From sequence record DRR723986_6582: a stretch of 20,000 nt of DNA; one strand, written 5' to 3'. Both the position numbers and the translations under genes were made by a program. The notes below the pieces were generated by a model, which was not told where the DNA came from, ran no database searches, and saw only the letters and a program-made list of their open reading frames with translations. Shown one piece after another: positions 9,349 to 16,132 of the stretch (position 1 is its first letter; every line of letters begins with the position of its first letter).

Positions 9349-9768
9349 ATGTGGATACAACGAACGATTACTCTACGCGCGAAAGCGCGTGGCTTTCACC
9401 TCATCGACAATGAGATCATCGCGCAACTGCCGGAAATATCACAATTATCTGTCGGTTTATGTCAGCTGTTTATTCAACACACCTCGGCGTCATTAACGCT
9501 TAACGAGAATGCCGACCCCACAGTTCGTAGCGACTTTGAGTATTTTTTCTCCCGCTGCGTTCCGGAAGGCGATACCCACTACCAGCATACCGATGAGGGC
9601 TGCGACGATCTTCCAGCCCATATTAAAGCCAGTCTATTGGGCAGTAACGTGACAATACCCGTGAGCGAGGGACGGCTTGCCTTGGGTACTTGGCAAGGTG
9701 TGTACCTTGGAGAGCACCGCAACAGAGGTGGCCAACGCCGCATTGTTGCGACACTTTTTGGCGAATAA
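9349..9768 (+). CDS. yjbQ: YjbQ/UPF0047 family protein (secondary thiamine-phosphate synthase activity)
   Basis: HTSASLTLNENADPTVR, PAHIKASLLG and LGTWQGVYLGEHR. Start set at ATG 9349 (MWIQRTI). Confidence 0.92.
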   Translation: MWIQRTITLRAKARGFHLIDNEIIAQLPEISQLSVGLCQLFIQHTSASLTLNENADPTVRSDFEYFFSRCVPEGDTHYQHTDEGCDDLPAHIKASLLGSNVTIPVSEGRLALGTWQGVYLGEHRNRGGQRRIVATLFGE

Positions 9769-9793
9769 TGGGTCTCAGTGGAGGTCTCAGCCA

Positions 9794-9810
9794 ATTCAGC
9801 CTCGGTTCAG
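9794..9810 (+). promoter_or_regulatory. Candidate OmpR/PhoP-family binding box upstream of ytfJ
   Basis: ATTCAG-cctcg-GTTCAG direct repeat with 11-bp period, about 100 nt upstream of the ytfJ ATG. Confidence 0.35.
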
Positions 9811-9909
9811 ATACGAGGCCGATAATGTGAACTAAGCGTCATCATTGCAACGCGGCGGCTATGCTATTCTGCCGCGCATTGCTTTAACTACTATTATAAG
9901 GATCGATTC

Positions 9910-10491
9910 ATGTTGCGTTTATGGAAATCTGTAGCCGTCTCACTGGCTCTGCTTGGCAGCAGCTTGGGTATGGCACTGGAAGTGGGCGGCAATTTACCTA
10001 CGCTGGACGTGCCAAGCCGCGGGGAGCTGGTTATGTCGGGCGACAAGGTGAGCTTCAGCCCTTGGTCTAGCACCAGTATCAGCACGGGCAGCCCAGCACT
10101 TATTTTTCACATGCCTGCGCGCATGTCATCAGATGCCGCGATTGCCCCCCTTCGCGCACGGCTGGAAGCCGGTGAGTATCCCACTGAGAGTTTCCAATCA
10201 ATTTCCGTGGTCAACCTTGATGACGCACTGTGGGGAACCTCTGGCTTGGTCGCTGGTGAGCTCGCCAAGAATAAGCGCGCTCACCCCCAAGCTGTGCTTG
10301 TTGCCGACGATGCTGGACGCGGGCTAAAGGCCTGGCAATTAAAGTCTCGAACCATTGCGGTTATTTTGCTCAATGCCGAGGGTGAAATTACTTACCTGAA
10401 GGAAGGCGAACTGTCGCAGGATGATATTGATACCATTATCGCAAAGCTGGACGCCGAAATTGCCAGTGCGGAGCGTGTTGCGAACAACTGA
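9910..10491 (+). CDS. ytfJ: YtfJ family exported protein
   Basis: Signal peptide, GELVMSGDKVSFSPWS, VVNLDDALWGTSGLV, and C-terminal KEGELSQDDI typical of YtfJ/HI0045. AAGGA RBS upstream. Confidence 0.8.
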   Translation: MLRLWKSVAVSLALLGSSLGMALEVGGNLPTLDVPSRGELVMSGDKVSFSPWSSTSISTGSPALIFHMPARMSSDAAIAPLRARLEAGEYPTESFQSISVVNLDDALWGTSGLVAGELAKNKRAHPQAVLVADDAGRGLKAWQLKSRTIAVILLNAEGEITYLKEGELSQDDIDTIIAKLDAEIASAERVANN

Positions 10492-10519
10492 GTTAGGTCG
10501 TAAAAAAGCGCGCCATGTA

Positions 10520-11020
10520 TCAATTGGCGCGCTTCTCCAATAAGCGTTTCAAGTTCTTGAGCATCATTTTCACACCAAAACGCATCACAGGGCTGAATAC
10601 GGGTAGAAATACCTTGCTAAAGCCCTTTGGCTTCATCGCCATTGTCCACCGCACGCGACAGCGGTTATCCGCCAATTCGTCCACTTCGTAGCGCTCGGCA
10701 AAGGACTCGATATTGTCCCGGGTAGCGTGTGTGAAACAAAATGCCATTTCCCTGCCCCGCTCCCAGGCAATAAACTCTTCGAAACCCGTCAGCCCGCCCA
10801 TCATATATACTGTACGAGTCGTCCCGATCCCGAAAGGCCTCGGCGATGTCCACTCCACGCGCTGGATCGGCATTGCCCAACGGGGCCAGTCATCGGCATT
10901 TTCAAAAGATGCAAAGACATCTGCCGCGCTGACACCGAACTCTACCTCAGCAACGTACTTAAACGGTGCTGACTCAAAGAAGGTCATATCCACGGCTTGA
11001 CACAAAAATTTTTCTGCCAC
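10520..11020 (-). CDS. SRPBCC / polyketide cyclase-like (START-fold) protein
   Basis: WPRW, VEWTSPRPFGIGTTRTV, EEFIAWE and a C-terminal amphipathic helix. GTG start with GGAG upstream. Confidence 0.85.
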   Translation of the reverse strand: MAEKFLCQAVDMTFFESAPFKYVAEVEFGVSAADVFASFENADDWPRWAMPIQRVEWTSPRPFGIGTTRTVYMMGGLTGFEEFIAWERGREMAFCFTHATRDNIESFAERYEVDELADNRCRVRWTMAMKPKGFSKVFLPVFSPVMRFGVKMMLKNLKRLLEKRAN

Positions 11021-11111
11021 TTATTATCTCCGCTGATTTTTCTGGCATACGTAGTAGTAGATCGGGAAATCTACCCCGCCCAGCCACTAGCGACAAGAAA
11101 ACCTAGGGAAA

Positions 11112-11930
11112 ATGACAAACTCTTCATCAAACTCGCAAGATAAGGAACCAAAAAGTGCAGAAAACGCGATCGAGCAACTGCCGCTGCTCTATCGCGACGA
11201 CGATATTGTTGTGGTGGACAAGCCCAGCGGCCTGCTCGTTCACCGCAGCCCAATAGACCGGCGAGAAACGCGCTTTGCCTTACAGATACTCCGCGAGCAG
11301 CTAGGGCAATACATCTACCCCGTTCATCGCCTGGATAAGCCCACCTCAGGGGTTATGGTTTTTGGCCTGCACAGCGAGAGTGCCTCGGTATTAGCCAAAC
11401 AGTTTGCCCAGCACCAGATCCGCAAGGCCTACCTAGCGACAGTTCGGGGTTACGCCCCCGCCAGTGGCTGCATCGATCACCCATTGCGGGCAGACCCCGA
11501 TCGCTATGCAGGAAGAGCGGAGTTTGGGGACGCCAAGCCGGCCATTACCCACTATCAGTGTCTGGCTCAGTACGAACTTGATGCCTGTATCGAAAAATAC
11601 CCTCAATCGCGCTACTCATTAGTGCTCGCCCAGCCGCTGACCGGGCGGCCCCACCAGATTCGCCGACACATGAAGCATATCGCCCACCCCATTATTGGTG
11701 ACGCCAAGCATGGCCGCGGTAGGCATAACCGTTATTTTGCTGAGCATTTAGCCTGCCCTCGCTTGTTACTGCACGCCATGGCCCTGGAGTTCAGCCATCC
11801 CGCCAGTGGCCAACGGCGGCGCTTTGTGTCGCCGTTAACGGGGACCTATGCGGCATTAGTGGAGGCGTTTAACTGGCAGACAGCGGTGAACACCGCCGAG
11901 CATAGACTTGGCTGGCCGAAGGTTACATAA
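11112..11930 (+). CDS. truC: tRNA pseudouridine(65) synthase TruC (RluA family)
   Basis: KPSGLLVHRS, catalytic HRLDKPTSG, TGRPHQIRRHMKHIAHPIIGDAKHG and RLLLHA. Confidence 0.9.
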   Translation: MTNSSSNSQDKEPKSAENAIEQLPLLYRDDDIVVVDKPSGLLVHRSPIDRRETRFALQILREQLGQYIYPVHRLDKPTSGVMVFGLHSESASVLAKQFAQHQIRKAYLATVRGYAPASGCIDHPLRADPDRYAGRAEFGDAKPAITHYQCLAQYELDACIEKYPQSRYSLVLAQPLTGRPHQIRRHMKHIAHPIIGDAKHGRGRHNRYFAEHLACPRLLLHAMALEFSHPASGQRRRFVSPLTGTYAALVEAFNWQTAVNTAEHRLGWPKVT

Positions 11931-12034
11931 TTATAACTTAACCTTATCGCCCATTCCCTCTACGCTAGTGGGAATAACTTGACCGGCCCCAGCGCCCGAA
12001 CACCAGTAAAACAATAACGCGAGGCAAACTCACT

Positions 12035-13633
12035 GTGACTAAGCTCTATGACTACATTATTGTCGGCGCCGGCTCCGCTGGCTGCGCCCTGGCCAATCGC
12101 CTCAGTGAGGACGGCCAACGCAATGTCCTGCTCCTAGAGGCAGGTGGGAAAGACAGCAATCCTGTTATTCATATGCCACTGGGTTTTGCATTCACCATGA
12201 AAAACCCCAAATTCAGCTGGTGCTATGCCAGTGAGCCTGAGCCTCATATGAATGATCGCCGCATTGACCAGCCCCGTGGCAAGGTGCTCGGCGGTTCCAG
12301 TTCAATTAACGGCATGGTCTATATACGCGGCCAAAAGGAAGATTACGACCATTGGGCGGCCCTGGGTAACACCGAGTGGAGCTATGACAAACTGCTGCCT
12401 ATCTTTAAGCGCAACGAGGCCTATGTGGGCCAATGCAGTGACGAATACCACGGGCGCGACGGCCAGCTCCACGTCGATGACGTGCAAGACCACTACGAAA
12501 TGGCGGATCTCTACGTGAAAGCCGCGCAGGAGGTGGGCATCCCCTACAACCCTGATTTCAATGGCGAAACTCAGGAAGGCGCTGGGTTTTATCAAGTGAA
12601 TATTCGCCGCGGCCGCCGTCAGAGCACCGCACGCACCTATCTGCGCAATGCCGCGAAGCGCAGCAATTTGACGATTGAAACCAACGCCCTGGCCAGCCAG
12701 ATTATTTTCGAAGGTCATCGCACAACCGGTCTTCGCTATTTGAAAAATGGTAAGGATGTCACCGCTCGCTGCCGGGGAGAAATCATTTTATGCGGTGGCA
12801 CAATGAACTCACCGCAGCTGTTAGAACTTAGCGGTATCGGCGATGCCGAGCTGCTGCGCCAGAAAGGCATTAAGTCCGTGCACAATTTGCCCGGTGTCGG
12901 TGAAAATATGCAGGATCACCTCACCGTGAACACCCAGCGCTCCTTCGAGGGGCTGCGAACGTTCTACGAGGACTCACGCCCGCTGCCAATGATCGGCAAC
13001 TTATTCAAGTTCTGGTTTAAGGGCAAAGGTATGCTGGCGCATCCGGCCTCGCAGGTTGGTGTTTTCTTCCGCACCTCGGACGACGTCGATCGCCCCGACG
13101 CGCAGATTCACTTCACCCCCGCCGCCGGTGATCAGGACGAAAACGGCCGCATGCTTACCGTGCCAGGCACCACGGCGACAGTATGCTATCTGCGACCAAA
13201 GAGCCGCGGCTGGGTGCACATTCGCAGCACAGATCCAACCGAGCCACCGGCATTTATTCACAACTACTTAGCGGAAGAGGAAGATCGTCAAAAGATGATC
13301 GCAGCGATTCGCAAAACGCGTGAAATTTTTGAGGCTCCCGTCTTCGACTCCTGGCGCCGTGAAGAGCTTGTGCCCGGCCCTGAAGTACAAAGTGACGAGG
13401 AAATTCTTGAGTTTGTGCGCAACACCGGCGAGTCGGTATACCACCCTGTTGGCACCTGTAAAATGGGTAACGACGACATGGCGGTCGTCGACCAACACCT
13501 CAAAGTACATGGCGTTGAAGGCCTTCGCGTTGCCGATGCATCCGTGATGCCAACAATTATTTCCGGAAACACCAACGCAACTTCAGTGCTGATCGGCGAG
13601 CGCTGCGCCGACTTCATCCTCTCCGGCCAGTAG
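12035..13633 (+). CDS. GMC family FAD oxidoreductase (choline/alcohol dehydrogenase-like, AlkJ-like)
   Basis: YDYIIVGAGSAG, RGKVLGGSSSINGMVYIRG, GVGENMQDH, catalytic YHPVGTCKMG and SGNTNA. GTG start with GAGG RBS. Confidence 0.92.
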   Translation: MTKLYDYIIVGAGSAGCALANRLSEDGQRNVLLLEAGGKDSNPVIHMPLGFAFTMKNPKFSWCYASEPEPHMNDRRIDQPRGKVLGGSSSINGMVYIRGQKEDYDHWAALGNTEWSYDKLLPIFKRNEAYVGQCSDEYHGRDGQLHVDDVQDHYEMADLYVKAAQEVGIPYNPDFNGETQEGAGFYQVNIRRGRRQSTARTYLRNAAKRSNLTIETNALASQIIFEGHRTTGLRYLKNGKDVTARCRGEIILCGGTMNSPQLLELSGIGDAELLRQKGIKSVHNLPGVGENMQDHLTVNTQRSFEGLRTFYEDSRPLPMIGNLFKFWFKGKGMLAHPASQVGVFFRTSDDVDRPDAQIHFTPAAGDQDENGRMLTVPGTTATVCYLRPKSRGWVHIRSTDPTEPPAFIHNYLAEEEDRQKMIAAIRKTREIFEAPVFDSWRREELVPGPEVQSDEEILEFVRNTGESVYHPVGTCKMGNDDMAVVDQHLKVHGVEGLRVADASVMPTIISGNTNATSVLIGERCADFILSGQ

Positions 13634-13635
13634 GC

Positions 13636-14490
13636 CTAGCGCTGGCGGTAGGGTATCTGGCAATAGTCGATACCCTCCGCTGGCTGAATACCGTGCTTCA
13701 GCAGGCACATTTTCAGCGAGTTCATCGACAAACTAATATTGGGCGTTGGGCCCAAGTAAACATGATCGAGAGCCATTGCTTCACCCTCTGATGAGGCCAG
13801 TGCAAACTTCATATACGGCACCAGCATGCTCCGGCCTTCTCGAAAGAAAACCTCTGCATTGGGGTAGTTGGAAATTACTGGCGAAACCAAACGCCACTCC
13901 TGCTCTTCCTCAAACGAGGGGTGCTTCAAAATAGCGGCGATACGCAGCAAGTCGGTTTCCAGGTGAGCAAATAAGCTCGGGAAATCCTTCTGCTCCCCTT
14001 CTCCGGCCAACAGCTCAACACCGTCGATAATTTCTGCGATCAAACTATGCTGCGCGCTCGGCGCATAGACACAGCGCCCCAGGTTAAAGCTCTGGCTGCT
14101 CGCACAGCGGCGAATAAAGGCAGCATTGAAGCCGAGACTTGCGCCTTTACCTACAGAGCTATACCCACGCCATTGGCTCAGTAAATTGCCATTGGAGCGA
14201 AACGAAGCACCAAATAAAATATGGCCATTGGTAATACGGTGCTGCACCCAATCGATAAAGGCATTTAGCAGCGCTGGCTGATCATGCCCTTGGCGAATTC
14301 GCAGCTCCACCTCGCGCTTCACCAAATCGGCGGTATGCCTGAGCTCCGCAGAATCATTCATGTAGCGGATGTCGCTGGCCCACAGTACACCGCTGCCCAG
14401 AATGCCCAAAACGCCGCTCAACGACGTGTAATGGTAAAGCGTGTCCTGGGGTTGCTCGGCATATAGCTGCGCACTAATGGCATCAATCAT
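13636..14490 (-). CDS. DUF2971 domain-containing protein
   Basis: LYHYTS, LWASDIRYMNDSAE, ASF...LLSQWRGY, KHPSFEEEQEWR and VYLGP motifs. ATG 14490 sits 1 nt after the ybfF stop. Confidence 0.8.
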   Translation of the reverse strand: MIDAISAQLYAEQPQDTLYHYTSLSGVLGILGSGVLWASDIRYMNDSAELRHTADLVKREVELRIRQGHDQPALLNAFIDWVQHRITNGHILFGASFRSNGNLLSQWRGYSSVGKGASLGFNAAFIRRCASSQSFNLGRCVYAPSAQHSLIAEIIDGVELLAGEGEQKDFPSLFAHLETDLLRIAAILKHPSFEEEQEWRLVSPVISNYPNAEVFFREGRSMLVPYMKFALASSEGEAMALDHVYLGPTPNISLSMNSLKMCLLKHGIQPAEGIDYCQIPYRQR

Positions 14491-14491
14491 G

Positions 14492-15280
14492 TTAGGTCTC
14501 AGCCAAAAAGCCAGACACCAGCGCGTTGAATTCACGCGGCTTTTCGGCGTGCAGCCAATGCCCCGTTCCCGCTATGGTTTCGATGCGACTGTCGGGAAAC
14601 TGCTTCATAATTCCCACTCGGTTCTCATCAATAATGTAGCGAGAGTTCTCTCCGCGGATAAATAGTGTCGGGCCCGCATAGGGCTCTGCAGCGGGCGCAT
14701 CACGCAGTAAATCGTAGCAGTCTGCAATTACCGAAAGGTTCATGCGCCAAGCCCAACCCTCGCCGTCGCGCACTAGGTTTTTCAATAAGAACTGTCGTAT
14801 GGGTAGCTCGGGCACGGCTGCTTGAAGCTGCTCGTCGGCATGGTCTCGGTTACGCAGCGCGCGCAAGTCCATTGCCAATAAACCCTCAATAATGGCATCG
14901 TGGCCGCGCCCATAGCGAACCGGTGCAATATCGGCGACCACAAGTTTCTCTACCAAGTTGGGCTGAGAAGCCGCCAATTGCATCGCCACCTTGCCACCGA
15001 GAGAGTGCCCCAGAAACGTCGCACTTTGCACCGCCAGCTCGCCGAGGGTTTTGGCCACATCCTCAGCCATACTGGGAATATCCATATAGTCTCGGTGAGG
15101 AGACTTACCGTGGTTGCGCAGATCCATGCGTACGACACGATAGTTGGGCTCCAAGTGGCGTGACAGGGTCAATAAATTGCTGGCCGAGCCAAATAGCCCG
15201 TGCAATAGCACGACAGTAGGCCCCTCACCCCGCGACTCGCTGTGCAGCACCGCCGCTGCATTTTTTACTTCACTTCTCAT
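14492..15280 (-). CDS. ybfF: Alpha/beta hydrolase, esterase YbfF family
   Basis: LHGLFGS, DLRNHGKS, nucleophile elbow GHSLGGK, DIAP, RQFLLKNL and GHWLHAEKP. Confidence 0.87.
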   Translation of the reverse strand: MRSEVKNAAAVLHSESRGEGPTVVLLHGLFGSASNLLTLSRHLEPNYRVVRMDLRNHGKSPHRDYMDIPSMAEDVAKTLGELAVQSATFLGHSLGGKVAMQLAASQPNLVEKLVVADIAPVRYGRGHDAIIEGLLAMDLRALRNRDHADEQLQAAVPELPIRQFLLKNLVRDGEGWAWRMNLSVIADCYDLLRDAPAAEPYAGPTLFIRGENSRYIIDENRVGIMKQFPDSRIETIAGTGHWLHAEKPREFNALVSGFLAET

Positions 15281-15332
15281 GCTCTGATCCGGTTGCTAGA
15301 ATGCCTGCGCATTCAAATAAATAGGTGTTACT

Positions 15333-16118
15333 GTGAGAATTTTGCTTCCGATAGTTGCTGCAGCAGGACTGTTGCTCGGTGCCTGCAGCTCCGTGAGCTA
15401 CAACCCCACTGTGTTCGATTTCTTTATCGCCAAAGACGCTATGGCTGCGAAACCAGTGAAAAAAGTGATTGTTGCCAGTGTCAATGTCACCGGTGAACCC
15501 ACCCGCTCCATGTTACGGGACAGCGTAACGAAAATCGATTCGATGGTGGTGGACTACCTGCAAGAAAATGGCTTCGAGATCGCACCTCAACATTTATTCA
15601 ACAATGCCTGGCAGCAGGCCCTGCTAAACTTCGGTGAATTCTACGACCCCACAACGGGCAAAGTCGACCAACAGGGCTGGCAGCAGGTAATGGCCAGCAC
15701 CTTTCAGAGCCTGCAGGCACATAAAGATATCGATGCGATCGTCTTTACTGATCTAATCGCTCACGACGTGCAGCACAGCACGGGCATGAAACACTACGCC
15801 CGCTGGTATGGCGTTACCCGCGAACCTGCCACAGAGGGCGCAAGCGCCAGTGTTCCGGTTGATTTCAATTGGACTCAAGTGATCAAGGGCGCGAGCTTAG
15901 TGATTACTCTCTACAGCACCGAAGGGCAGCCGCTGTTCGCCAGCCGCGGTGGTTTGGATACGCTGCATGCGATCGACTCTCGCAAGAGCCAGAAAGGCTT
16001 CGTGCGCCGTAAAAAAATCCTTGGGAACAGCAGCCGTATCCAAGAGGGTATTGAACTCGCCTTTCACCCATTAATTGTTATGGATCGCTATCCGGCGCCG
16101 CCCAAAAAGCAGCCTTGA
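15333..16118 (+). CDS. Uncharacterised lipoprotein
   Basis: MRILLPIVAAAGLLLGAC: type II signal peptide with lipobox LGA-C and Ser at +2. 261-aa ORF with no recognised catalytic motif. Confidence 0.75.
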   Translation: MRILLPIVAAAGLLLGACSSVSYNPTVFDFFIAKDAMAAKPVKKVIVASVNVTGEPTRSMLRDSVTKIDSMVVDYLQENGFEIAPQHLFNNAWQQALLNFGEFYDPTTGKVDQQGWQQVMASTFQSLQAHKDIDAIVFTDLIAHDVQHSTGMKHYARWYGVTREPATEGASASVPVDFNWTQVIKGASLVITLYSTEGQPLFASRGGLDTLHAIDSRKSQKGFVRRKKILGNSSRIQEGIELAFHPLIVMDRYPAPPKKQP

Positions 16119-16132
16119 ATAAGGCACTCCAC

